The notes beneath the pieces were generated by a model. The model was given only the letters and a program-made list of their open reading frames with translations. It was not told where the DNA came from and searched no databases. From the NCBI GenBank assembly GCA_951406725.2, contig OX597826.1, positions 12,648,001 through 12,712,000 of the forward strand: a stretch of 64,000 bases of DNA, in the 5' to 3' direction. The translations under genes and the position numbers were made by a program. Positions within the stretch are counted from its first letter, which is position 1. Every line of letters starts with the position of its first letter. Of this stretch, positions 40,723 through 54,181 are shown in pieces. The stretch is from Octopus vulgaris (Eukaryota).

Positions 40723-41093
40723 CTTTTACTCTTTTACTTGTTTCAGTCATTTGACTGCGGACATGCTGGAGTACCGCTAGGACTTATTCTCTGTAAGCCT
40801 AGTACTTGTTCTATCGGTTCATTTTGACGGACCTCTTGTTACGGGGACATAAACACGACAGCATCGGTTGTCAAGCTCCGTTGTGGGGAAAAGAGACACA
40901 CAAACATATACACACACATACATATATATATATATACCCATATATACGACGGTCTTCTTTCATTTTCCGTCTAGCAAATCCACTCACAAGGCATTGGTCG
41001 GCTCGAGGATATAGAAGACACTTGCCCAAGGTGCCACGCAGTGGGATTGAACCCGGAACTATGTGGTTGGCAAGCAAGCTACTTACCACACAG

Positions 41094-41097
<4 letters not shown>
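40723..41097 (-). mobile_element. SINE family 2
   Basis: Diverged family-2 head and tail. Confidence 0.8.
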
Positions 41098-41134
<37 letters not shown>

Positions 41135-41456
41135 CACATACACACACACTCACACACACACATACATACATACATATATATATATAATTATTTTGTGGAA
41201 TGGTGGAAGTCAAAGCAGATGAAGCTATAAAAAACAGCATGAACATATATCCCACTGGCAGCCTACGGTTTTCCTCTCCAAGGGGTTTTTAACACATTTT
41301 CACGCCGTTATTTATAGTTTTATGTCCTTTGATGTTTACCTCACTTTCTTCCGAATTTACTAAATTATTATGACGTCTACAATGTGTGCGTATGTGTGTG
41401 TGTGTTCGTGCAAGTGTGTGTGTTCGTGCAAGTGTGTGTGTGCGCGCGTATATTTA

Positions 41457-41824
41457 GGAGTGGCTGTGTGGTAAGTAGCTTGCTTACGAACCACACGCTT
41501 CCGGGTTCAGTGGCACCTTGAGCAAGTGTCTTCTACTATAGCGTTGAGCCGACCAAAGCCTTGTGAGTGGATTTGGTAAACGGAAACTGAAAGAAGCCCA
41601 TCCTATATATGGATATATATGTGTGTGTTTGTGTGTCTGTGTTTGTCCCCCCAGCATCGCTTGACACTCGATGCTGGTGTGTATAGGTCCCCGTAACCTA
41701 GCGGTTCGGCAAAAGAGACCGATAGTATAATTACTAGGCTTACAAAGAGCAAGTCCTTGGGTCGATTTGCTCGACTAAAGGCAGTCCTCCAGTATAGCCA
41801 CAGTAAATGACTGAAACAAGTAAA

Positions 41825-41828
<4 letters not shown>
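41457..41828 (+). mobile_element. SINE family 2
   Basis: GGAGTGGCTGTGTGGTAAG head to GACTGAAACAAGTAAAAGA tail. Confidence 0.85.
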
Positions 41829-41886
<58 letters not shown>

Positions 41887-43054
41887 ATATATGTATATAT
41901 GCATATACATGTGGATCAATGTGCGTTTTTAAGAAAGTAGGGTTTCATTTTTACAAGATGTTACCATTTCTAGCAAGCGATTAAGTAAATATCCTACGTT
42001 GGTTCACAAAAATCAAAATTCCTTAAGCTCAGGTGTCTCTAGCTATAATGGCAACATCGGACTACAGACTGTTGCTTTTCAATTGTTTCACCGCACACCG
42101 ATTTCACACTGACCAATGATAGCAAACCTATCATAGTGGGCATTCCAGCCATGGTCATTCCACATATTATGTTCCACGTATAAAGGTCTCTTTTTTTTTA
42201 ATTCCGTAGGGTAAAATTTGAGAGAAAATTTAGTTATTCATTCTAGCGGGATAAGCCAGATAACCACTGCATGGTGGTTCATTCCTTCATTTTACTGTAT
42301 AAATGTGTAGGATTTAAACACTGATGAAAATTCGACTTTAAATATGACAGATGTAATTTAAGAGCTAAACTAAAAGCTATTTATTTACCAATGATTGTTT
42401 TAAAGCTTTATAACTTTCCTCCCACTCAACCCCATACAATATACATTCATACACAAACAAAGAAACACACGCACATTCTGTTATCGAGATATCTGTTTAA
42501 ACAGAACTTGCTGCAAGTGTTGACAGAGTCTGACAAGAATGTTTACATAGTGCTTCCTTCTTATACACTGCGCCTCTGGGCCTTTCACTCCCTCTCTCTT
42601 CCTGGCTTTCCATGTCTCACTTCTTTACGTTTTTTCCCTTTCGCCTACATCTTCTCTTCCTTCCCCACTCTTTATCCAATCCCGTGACTTATAATTATCA
42701 ATTATTTTTATGAGTTTCAGATTATGATGCTCACTCTCTCTCTTTCTCCCTCACTTTCTCAGCTCTTGCCTCCTTGCATTTCCATGTTTTTGCTTTCTTT
42801 TTTTTTATATATCTTAACCTGCGTTATCTTCTTTCTCTTATATTCTTATATTTTCTTATTCTCGCTTCCATATTCTTATTTTGCCAACCGATTTATATCT
42901 TTTGTTGACCTCGCCTTACTTTCTATTTGTATGTAGATTAACTACATTTCTCGATATATAATTAAGTCTTCTCTCCACTTTTGCTCTCTCTCTTCTCTCT
43001 CTCTCTTTGTTTCTCTTTCTTTCCTTCTTTCTCTTTTCTCTCTCTTTCTCTCGC

Positions 43055-43081
43055 TGTATGTCTATCTGTCTATCTATTTAC

Positions 43082-43119
<38 letters not shown>

Positions 43120-43157
43120 CTCCCTCTCTCTCTCTCTCTATCTATATATTTATCTAA

Positions 43158-43195
<38 letters not shown>

Positions 43196-43196
43196 G

Positions 43197-43231
<35 letters not shown>

Positions 43232-43232
43232 G

Positions 43233-43312
<80 letters not shown>

Positions 43313-43495
43313 ACTATCTATCTATCTAACTATATAACTATCTATCTATCTATCTATATCTATCTATCTATCTATCTATCTATCTGTCTGTCTATCTATC
43401 TAACTATCTATCTATCTATCTATCTGTCTATCTCTCTGTCTGTCTGCCTGTCTATCTGTCTATATCTATTTATCTATCTATCAATCTATCTATCT
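43055..43495. repeat. (TCTA)n microsatellite
   Basis: Direct reading; source of the spurious 277-aa ORF. Confidence 0.95.
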
Positions 43496-43547
43496 CTCCC
43501 TCCATCTTTTATGCTTGTTACCTGTGTCTTTTTCGCGCTCTTTCAGC

Positions 43548-43581
<34 letters not shown>

Positions 43582-44325
43582 GTATGCATGTATAACCACA
43601 CGTATACACCCACGCACACACCTACAGCTATACTTACATAAAATGAGGGAGAGAAAAGAGGGAATGAGTGCGAGAATATTCTCAAGAGATGTTTACGTTA
43701 CCAGGTTTCCCTTAGCAATGAATATTGTACGCTACTCGTTCAATATTCAACTCACTCCTGCAAAATCTTATTCTGACAATGTAGACACTTGTACTACTGT
43801 AATATTTAAACATGGAACACTGTATTATTTAAACATGTAACTCTATACACCATAGAAACATGTTAACTATGTCAGCTAAGCATGCATACCTTAATATCAA
43901 ATATACAATTTCGAGTGACATAAGGCTTCAGATTTTGCTATTAGAATCTCATCTTGTATCATTTGTCGACTCTGGAAACATTAAAAGACAATCAAACCTA
44001 TCTCTGGTGTGAATTGGTGTTCTAAACAGGATCAGTGTTCTAAATTTGATACTACAAAATGCTTGCATTTAATAAACAATGCAAAACAGGATTGTTATTG
44101 TGGTATCCAACTTGGCAGTCTCATGATCTCACTTTCTGCTACGAGTACCTGGAACATTCATGGAGAAACAGCGGCCCTCAAGACTTTCTGGAAGGCACAA
44201 CTAAACGGAAAATTACCTTGATTTTATTCTTAGTAGTGCGACCCACCTCATGATGTGTCATGTCTCCTGTGGCCCGCTTCTCGGAAAAGACCATGCTAGG
44301 TCCAAGATGTCATGCAGACTATATT

Positions 44326-44715
44326 CTCTTTACTCCTTTACTCTTTTACTTGTTTCAGTCATTTGACTGCGGCCATGCTGGAGCACCAGCTTTAGTCGAG
44401 CAAATCGACCCCGGGACTTATTCTCTGTAAGCCCAGTACTTATTCTATCGGTCTCTTTTGCCGAACCGCTAAGTGACGGGGACGTAAACACACCAGCGTC
44501 GGTTGTCACGCTAGGGGGACAAACACATACACACACTCACACACACACATATATATATATATTTATATATATACGACAGGCTTCTTTCAGTTTCCGTCTA
44601 CCAAATCCACTCACAAGGCATTGGTCGGCCCGGGGCTATAGCAGAAGACATTTTCCCAAGGTGCCACGCAGTGAGACTGAACCATGTGGCTGGTTACCAC
44701 ACAGCCACTCCTGCG
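44326..44715 (-). mobile_element. SINE family 2
   Basis: Reverse complement of the 18189 copy. Confidence 0.9.
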
Positions 44716-44769
44716 TTCTTATATAAAATAATAGAGTGCATAATTTGGGAGTGATTCAGTTACTATTTA

Positions 44770-45072
44770 TCGCAGGTTTTGCGGCCATAGCTTGGGTTTC
44801 AAGGGCCCACAGCTGTTTAACTTTCTGCCGAAGCTTCTGAGGAGCCTCCATGAAGAGGATGTAGACGTTTTCAAACGTGAACTTGATCTCTGGCTCGCCG
44901 AGATACTGGATGAGCCAATATCTAAGCAAGAAACTCAAAAGAGGGCATCGAACTCCATCCTTCACCAAAAGTCGCTCTGACAAAGGTGGAAAGTGGAAAG
45001 ATGATTACAATGGCGGTACCCCAGCATGGCTACAGTCTTTGGACTGAAACATATAAAAGAATAAAAGAATAA
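44770..45072 (+). mobile_element. CR1/L2-group LINE 3' fragment
   Basis: SLGFKGPQLFNFLPKLLRSL..VDVFKRELDLWLAEILDEP..SNSILHQ then 3' UTR TGGCGGTACCCCAGCATGGCTACAGTC..GACTGAAACA and (TAAAAGAA)n. Confidence 0.8.
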
Positions 45073-45171
45073 GAAGCTCCTTCTTGGCCCATATATTAAT
45101 TAATAAAGTGAAAGGAGAATGTTTGATGCTCAAGTTTTATCAAATGTCTAAATGTTATCATAAAAGCTATT

Positions 45172-45387
45172 AAGGTGGCTAGCTGTAAAAACCATTAGCA
45201 CGTTGGGCGAAATGCTTAGCGGCATTTCATCCGCCTCTATGTTCTGAGTTCAAATTCCGTTGGGGTTGACTTTGCCTTTCATCCTTTCGGGGTTTATAAA
45301 ATAAGTACCATTTGAACACTGGAAGCGATATAACCGTCTTAAACTCTCCTCCAAAATTGGTGGCCTTGTGCCAAATTTTGAAACCAC
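45172..45387 (+). mobile_element. SINE family 3, older subfamily
   Basis: TTAGCACG..GTTCTGAGTTCAAATTCC..ATAAGTACC..GGCCTTGTGCCAAA. Confidence 0.75.
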
Positions 45388-45672
45388 TTTTATAAAAGCT
45401 ATTTATACTTGTACTAAGGCAAATAAATATAGTTAACTTTTCGTGATTAAAAGTAACCAGTAGCAGGTCTTCAGCTCCATTGATTTCGTTCGGGTGGGAA
45501 CCATCGATTATAGGTTATATCGATCTCGGTTGTAAAATCCTCTTATTTTATCGACCCTTGAAAGAAAGAAAACAAGGCCAATACGGCAAAGTTTGGACTC
45601 AGACCCATAACCAAATATCGCAAGGCTCTATTGATTCTTCCGCGACATCATTCTAATTTTATTACACACACA

Positions 45673-45756
<84 letters not shown>

Positions 45757-45766
<10 letters not shown>

Positions 45767-47061
45767 TAATAAATAAAATAAAACATATGCATATATATAA
45801 ACATATATGTACGTACCTACCTCTACATGTACATATACACGCATATATGAGTACAGGACACCAAAAAGGACGTCGAACACAATGAGAAACGAAGACATAG
45901 ACACAAACCAAAGGAACTGGACATTTATTAAAAACAGCAAAAAAATAGAATACAGGACAATTAACACAAGGAAAAACCCTTCTTCAGTCGCTAAAGCTTT
46001 CATCTACTCTACGTTTCGAAGGATAAAAGCGAGACGTATCTTCGACAAGAAAACTTTCCTTCCTGCGAAAAGCAAATCAATTAAAATTCTGAGATCTTTT
46101 CGCAGAGGGATAAGAAATAGTAACAACAGGACAGTAATGACAGTGCAAATTATAAACAGTATAAGACAGGACAAGGAAAACAAGATAAGAAGGGTATTGA
46201 CGCCGAACGAAAAAAGGTATTGCAAACGCAGAATTTTTTATGGACGACGAGCGGAGGAAAAAGAGTGTCGTCCATTACCTTGAAAGAGCCAGGCGAGAGA
46301 GACAGCAGCGGAAGTGACGTCGCGGATGAACGACGGGAAGGCGGAAGTCACGTCGCGAGTGAAAGACGGGAAGGGGGAGGAGGAGCAAGAGAAAGGGAGA
46401 GGAGAAGGGGAATGGCTGCGAGGAAACCAAGAAGAATGGAGATGGGGAGAGAGAGAGTGAAGAATGAGAGAGAGGAAGAGACAGGTTAAGTAGAGGAAAA
46501 GGAAAACAAAGAATGAAGGCTGAGAAAGGGATGGGACAGAAAGGTTAAGAGTGCGCGTGAGGGTTAATATCAAGAACAAAAACTTGATATAAAGAACAAG
46601 TTTAATTAAGGGGGTGCGTGCGTTTCATCATATAATATATTAATAAATAAAATAAAACATATGCATATATATAAACACATATGTACGTACCTACCTCTAC
46701 ATGCACATATACACGCATATATGAGTACAGGACACCAAAAGGACGTCGAACACAATGAGAAACGAAAACATAGACACAAACCAAAGGAACTGGACATTTA
46801 TTAAAAACAGCAAAAAAATATAATACAGGACAATTAACACAAGGAAAAACCCCTTCTCCAGTCGCTAAAGCTTTCATCTACTCTACGTTTCGAAGGATAA
46901 AAGCGAGACGTATCTTCGACAAGAAAACTTTCCTTCCTGCGAAAAGCAAATCAATTAAAATTCTGAGATCTTTTCGCAGAGGGATAAAAAATAGTAACAA
47001 CAGGACAGTAACGATAGTGCAAATTGTAAACAGTATAAGACAGGATAAGGAAAACAAGATA
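45757..47061 (-). mobile_element. GTACAGGAC-end pLTR-like element with a partial tandem repeat (45757-46187 and 46631-47061)
   Basis: About 430-bp near-identical direct repeat around a purine-rich spacer; both outer ends in (TA)n. Confidence 0.75.
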
Positions 47062-47074
47062 TATATACATATAT

Positions 47075-47343
<269 letters not shown>

Positions 47344-48435
47344 CAGGGTGTTCCAAAAGAAACAGTGCAGTAGGAATATGCTAATAACCCAAAGAAACAA
47401 AACTCACAGAAAAATACTATTTATTGCAAATATTCACAAATTCAATACCTTATCAACTAAAGACGCTTGTATACGTGTGTGTGCACGCACAATTTGCCCC
47501 ACTCAGGAGGTGTTACACCAGCCTCACCTCCATACAGGCACATATATACACACACACAGCACCATGTCAGATGCCATCCACACTTATGCATGCGTACCCA
47601 CGCACGCACGCGCACACACAACACCATGACAACCACACACACTTGACAAACAGACGCCATCTGACCAAATACTACAGGCACACAGACACATCTATTCACG
47701 CACACGCAGAGAGACACACATACTCACCTCATGCTAACCCCAAAATCATTGATGCTTGAAGGAAAGCCATAAACAGAAAAAAACGGGTACATTTTTCTCA
47801 ATTCAACATTTCTGCTAAAACGGACAGGTCAGTAAACAAACTCGCCTTGAATTCATAATATTCTGTACTGACCCTGAGATGTATAATATATTCATTTTAA
47901 TAATTTTTTCTGCCAATTTTTCAAATATTCTCACCATACTGTTGTACTATGTCCTTTTTACCAAAGACTGTATATATACATGTAATGTGACAATTTGCAA
48001 CAACCAATAATTAACGCAACCAAAACTTCCAATAATATATTTGTCTTATTCTTTTCTGCCCCTTTTTTTTCAAATATTCTCATCACACTGTTGAACTTCT
48101 TTATGCCCTTAACATGTCCCTGTTACCAAAGACTATATATATACATGTAATGTGGCAATTATGTAAAAAAACTTTTTTGAATTCATAATATTCTATGTTA
48201 CTTTTGACAATATTTTTCCAAAGAGTGAAACCGGTTAAGTAAATAAACATCTTTTAAATTGCATTTTCAAAACTTCTTTCGTATATATATATATATATAC
48301 ACACACATATAGCCTTAAGAGATATCCTGAGTTCCTTTAGAAATCACTTTATGCATATGACATATTTATTTGTTGCTTTCTAAGTTTGAATTGATACGGG
48401 TAGTACCAAAATTAAATCTGCTTCAGGCAAAGTGT

Positions 48436-48672
48436 TGGAGGCTTCAGGTTTAGTGGTTAGGGTGTTTGCCTCATGATCGTAAGATTTTGGTGTCGATTCC
48501 GGGACCAGGCGATGCGTTGTGTTTTTGATCAAAAACACCTCATTTCACATTGTGTCAGTCCACTCAGCTGGTAAATCCTGCAACGGACTGGCATCCCGTC
48601 TACATGGGATATATATATGCCATGGAAACTTGGACAACCAGCCCTATAAATCTATATGACTTGGGAAGGGAT
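48436..48672 (+). mobile_element. Degenerate tRNA-headed SINE (CACTCAGCTG core, tail A)
   Basis: TTTAGTGGTTAGGG..TCGATTCC..AGTCCACTCAGCTG..GGACTGGCATCCC. Confidence 0.65.
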
Positions 48673-48817
48673 TTACTTGTTTTAATCGACTACAATCGAC
48701 CACAATTCCCTACCAAGAGTAACGCGACACCCTATAAAACAAGCTTCTGTATTTATATATGTTTAGCTTTTTAGACAAACTGGACAGCTTACTGTAATTA
48801 TTTTCAGTCTTCTAGAT

Positions 48818-48982
48818 CAAGCCTCGGCAAAACTTTTCGAGAGGTGGGCCTCATGAGATATCTATCATCATCTGCTCGGCCATATTACTGAACAATTAAA
48901 GTAAATTTTTTTTGTTTAGGTTTACTATTTAAAAACTTTAGCGGTCTGTATGTGACCGCGGACCGCAAGTTGTCCATAACAG
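48818..48982. mobile_element. Old hAT-like MITE
   Basis: CAAGCCTCGGCAA..GTTGTCCATAACAG ends, imperfect TSD TTCTAGAT/TTCTGCAT. Confidence 0.4.
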
Positions 48983-49131
48983 TTCTGCATCTTCAGATCG
49001 AATTTCGCTGATGTCAAGCTTATTGTCACCATTCAAGGGTAGATAAACTAAGCACTAATGTTGCGCTGGAAGTATGCCAATTGATCCTTCATCCCCTTAA
49101 AAAAGCAAAGACTGTTTCCATTGTAAGAACA

Positions 49132-49350
49132 TATTGGTTTCAAATCTCGACACTAGGCCAGTAATTTTGGGGAATGAGATAAGTGGATTTCATCGACCCC
49201 CACCACTCAACAGGTGCCTTTTTTATCAACTCCCGAAGGATGAAAATTAAAATCGACCTCGGCGAAATATAAACTCAGAACCTACGGACGGCCTAAACAC
49301 TGCTAAGCATTTTGCCCGGCGTGCAAACGATTCTGTCAGAACGCCGCCCT
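49132..49350 (-). mobile_element. SINE family 3, older subfamily
   Basis: Similar to the 16741 copy. Confidence 0.7.
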
Positions 49351-50392
49351 TCATTATAAGAATATAATAATTTTATTTCGATATTTTCTTAAATGTTAAA
49401 TATTAGTATTAATTTTAAATAAGAATATCTCTAACCTGAATGAATCCATATCTTCTGTCTAGAAGTTATTAATCAAAATAGCATTAAATCAAGTCTAGAA
49501 GCAATTAATCATATCATAATTTTTATGACATTGTATAAGTTTGTTCATTCAAACTTATGTTAGTGAAATGCTGTTCAGTGAATACGATCGAAAAAACTTG
49601 CAGAAAATAATGAACTTGTCGAAATAATTTTACTGATATCAATTGCGCCAGCGTAATTTGTAAATGGCGTGCGCCGTCTTTTTCTGTTTTTCTTATTTAA
49701 AAAATCAATAATTTTCAGTCCAATGTTTTGTAAGAGTTGTAGCAAAAGTGATCAACTCGGGGACTGCAACCCATACTTGCTCCAAATGTAGTCGTTTAAT
49801 TTACTCAACTAATGACACTGGAAAAAAAAAAGTATAATCATGATCATGATCAGGATGATCACCATCGTCTTCGTCGTCCACGTAGTCATCATCATCACAA
49901 CTTTGGTTCACCTTGCATTGAAGCCAATAAGGTTTATCTCCATTTATGCAGACTACTGGCCATGAAAGGTCAAGCAATTGACTCTGTCGTTGTTTTATGT
50001 CATATTTTATTGAATTTTCTATTGAATGCGTTAGTAAAGCTCTTCGATTGCAGTATCATAAATATTTAATTTGTCGAAGCACCACTACACAACACTTCAT
50101 CTTCGCGAAGTGTATCAAGAACACATTAGCGAGACGGAGTTTATCTTTTTGCCAATTTATGTCAAGATGATGACTTAGCGATTTTATGGCGCTATTTTGC
50201 AGTAGAAATTTGCAGCCAGATGGAGTAAGTGAATTGACAGTCATGTGTTTTCGGTCAACGACGGCCAGACAACAACGCAATTGCTAATCAATAAAGAGGC
50301 TTCTCATCGGTTAAGCGAATGGTTAGAAATAGCAGCTAAATCTCCCGCAAACTTCGTCTTAAAGGTGAATGCCATTAGAAACGTTGGTTTGA

Positions 50393-50522
<130 letters not shown>

Positions 50523-51886
50523 AGGCACTAACCTTTTACTTACACGGTGCTGTATCGACTAGGCTATGTTTTGAATAAAGCTAATAAGGATACGTAAAAT
50601 AATATATTTCGTAATCTCCTATTCCATGCCTAAGCAAGAATTCCATTACGTTTTTTATTTCCGCCTTCTTATATTATTTTTTTAAAGTAGTGTACGCACT
50701 GAAGTGCTAGAAAAAGGCATAACGGCAATTTTTCTGTTTTCCCTCTCCTAAAGCTCTGCGGCGGCATGCCTAAATAACGATTCAGAAAATCATTATTTTG
50801 CATGCGCGTCTTGTTTTCTTTCCTCGTAACTTTTGTTGTTTTTTTAAAGTAAATTTGGCTGATTCCCATTGTACGATGCATGCTTGCATTATGCATGCAA
50901 CCTAACTCGAAAGATTTTCATTGAATAAACGGCTCTATGCGTTCATACTTTAAGTCAATTTTTTGCATTCCTTTTCTTTCTTTTTCTGTTTTTCGTTTTG
51001 CCTTCTTGTATAATAAATCTATCTTTCTGCACTAAAAGCATTGGCAGCGAAGCCAAATTTAATTTAATATGTTTAAGAGAAACGAAAGTAACAACATGCG
51101 CGTATTCGACAGCCATCTTGAAACTCCATTTGCCAAACAAGGGCTTTATAGAAATAGATTGCAATCATTATTTTACTTTGCTACTAATTAGACACGTCAC
51201 AAAGTGTTAAATTTGCAAAACATTAAATTGTGGTTTCATGTAATCAAACGATTTTCCAAAAGTGTGAACTTATTAAAGATATTTCCCATTTTAAATTACA
51301 TATCTCACGTAGGATCTATTAACCAGGAAAGTTAAAATAAAGGAATGAATTTCTTCCTTAACTATTTCTTATCTATTTCTTCAGTCGATTATTTCTATCA
51401 GTCACCTATAATCGCATCTTAATTGTAAGTTATTAGAATTACGCCAATAAATAATTCACTCAGTATATGGATCTTCAAAATGCTTCCTTGAAAAATGTTA
51501 TTATGTATGCCAAAACGACAATATCAGTCTATGAGTAATACTATTTTTATTTTCTTTGGAAAGTACAAGAGACAACTCTATATGTTTTGACATTGTTAAC
51601 GAAACATTGTTATTGTGTTCATTGAAATTGTAATCAAAGTGTAATCATAAAAATGTAAATAGTAACTGTATAATTTGTTTAATGTAGCAAATAAAACTGT
51701 TTTAGGCATCAAATATTAAAATAAAGTTAGTGTAAACATATTTAAGAAACAGAGTATTAACAATCCAATTAGAAATTGTTATGTCAAGGAAATAGATATA
51801 CGTGGAAGAAAGTTAAGTAGAAAGAAATATTTGTGAAACATTTACATTCTAAACAAAGAACCACGGGCAAAAATGAAGAGTATATA

Positions 51887-52105
51887 TATTTCTTTATTGC
51901 CCACAAGGGGCTAAACATAGAGGGGACAAACAAAGAAAGACAGAAGGATTAGGTCGATTACATCGATCCTAGTGCGTAACTGGCACTTTATTTATCGACC
52001 CCGAAAGTCGACCTCGGCGGAATTTGAACTCAGAACGTAGCGGCAGACGAAATACTGCTACGCATTTCGCCCGGCGTGCTAACGTTTCTGCCAGCTCGCC
52101 GCCTT
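51887..52105 (-). mobile_element. SINE family 3, young subfamily
   Basis: AAGGCGGCGAGCTGGCAGAAACGTTAGC head; tail TGTCCCCTCTATGTTTAGCCCCTTGTGGGCAATAAAGAAATA; TSD AATGAAGAGTATATA. Confidence 0.9.
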
Positions 52106-52580
52106 ATAATGAAGAGTATATATTTGAGGAAACATTGGGAGCAACCAGTGGAACTCGAACCTACGAATGCGTTATGATGACATTGCCATATTACAAAATG
52201 CAATGCTAGAAACAGGCATTATATAATGAGTGGGGAATAATATTTGGGGGACCTAATCGAGTGAAATCAAATCGAAATAGGTAGGAGAGGAACAAAAGGC
52301 TCACATCATAGGACTGAAAACAATCGCAAAATTTCCCTCAGGTTGGCATAAAGAAAGTAGTGTAAGACTTGTTGCTTCCTATCAACATAGTCTTTAGGGT
52401 CAACAAGAACACGTAGAGGACAGTTCCTTGTATATCCCAACGGTACGATTTATGTGTATCACTTTGTTTTACACGTAAAGGTAAATCCTCCATTCAGTTC
52501 CTAGTTAACCAACTTAAACACCAGTAAACTACATGAAAATTTGTCTCTGTGTTCTGTGTAAATTCTATATTGTACATACT

Positions 52581-52812
52581 TATTTCTTTATGACCTACAA
52601 GGGGCTAAACATAGAGGGGACAAACAAGGACAGACATAGGTATTAAGTCGATTATATCGACCCCAGTGCGTAACTGGCACTTAATTTATTGACCCTGAAA
52701 GGATGAAAGACAAAGTCGACCACGGCGGAATTTGAACTCAGAACGTAACGACAAACAAAATACTGCTAAGCATTTCGCCTGGCGTGCTAACGTTTCTGCC
52801 AGCTCGCCGCCT
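52581..52812 (-). mobile_element. SINE family 3, young subfamily
   Basis: Same as 51887; TSD TTGTACATACT. Confidence 0.9.
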
Positions 52813-53779
52813 TTGTACATACTATTGTATGCTACACGTAACGGTTGCAACGCCCACATTAAAACAAAGGTAATAATACTTTTCTATAAAGAGAACTTTA
52901 AGAAAATCTAGAGCGACGAATGGATGAAACATCCTCGTAGCAGTGTGTACCCCACTAAACAACTGCCTGATTTCTATAACCAGCTGGCCCTATACAATCA
53001 TACAGAAATCTGGCCACGTCAGAACGTTGTCTAACCTGCATTCTTCGAAATATCGTAAAACCTCTCTATGTCCAGTACACCAACAACACACAGACCACTT
53101 TGTGTTGCACAGCCCAACCACTTTGATACAACAACCGATGCATGCATCAATTAGATTTTGAATGACAATGTGAAGAAACGGGAAGAAGGGATACTATACG
53201 GAACAGCAGAATGGCACTTCGTTATATTTCCTCTTCTCTAACGTTGCCGGTAAAAGTAGAGATGTTTGGTAGATGCTGCTTTATTATTTTGTATTCACAT
53301 TTCTACTTGATTGATACAGATACAGAAATTGTGAAAGTTTGTAAGTATGATGTTATTTGCATATATCGCTGTGTATGTTTTGCCATGAGAGGAAGTTGTA
53401 TAAGTAGATAATAAAAGAACAGAATGTGTTCCTTATGGTAAATACTTGAATCTGTTGCTTTCGAATATTCCATAGGTTTTGCGATGCGATAGCTAATTTG
53501 CTAGCTAAATATTTGGTTGTTTGGTGATTTATGGAGGCGTTCAATGTTTTATATGAGTGTGTAGCAAGAAATAAAGACGAAATGTTTGTTGACAATGGTA
53601 GGAGCTAAGATTTTTCAGGTTTGGGAATGTTCTTGTTTGTTTGTTTAAGTTACCATGAGTGTTATGCGTGAGTCTTGTAAGTAGTCTTGACTGAGTATAA
53701 AAGTAAGAATCTGTTCTGTGCGAAGGAGGAAAAATTGGGAAATGACAATAGTTTGGCCGCTGGTATACACTATTTTCTC

Positions 53780-54181
53780 TCTTTTCCTTTTTTACTTGTT
53801 TCAGTCATTTGACTGTGGCCATGCTGGAGCACCGCCTTTAGTCGAGCAAATCGACCCCAGGACTTGTTCTTTGTAAGCCTAGTACTTATTCTATCGGTCT
53901 AAAAATAAGTTACGAACCGCTAAGTTACGGGGACGTAAACACACCAGCATCGGTTGTCAAGGGATGTTGGCGGGGGGGACAAGCACAGACACACAAACAT
54001 AACAAACACATATATACATACATATATACCACGGCTTCTTTCAGTTTCCGTCTACCAAATCCCTTCACAAGGCTTTGGTGGGCCCGAGGCTATAGTAGAA
54101 GACACTTGCCCAAGGTGCCATGCAGTGGAACTGAGCCTGGAACCATGTGGTTGGTTAGCAAGCTACTTACCACACAGCCAC
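53780..54181 (-). mobile_element. SINE family 2
   Basis: Family-2 head and tail. Confidence 0.85.

Noticed and set aside
50130-50224. Possible + strand exon ending GA|GTAAGT
   Set aside because: Weak acceptor, no partner exon, no homology recognised
52900-53760. Highly decayed LINE remnants on the minus strand
   Set aside because: Composition is suggestive but no motif could be read reliably
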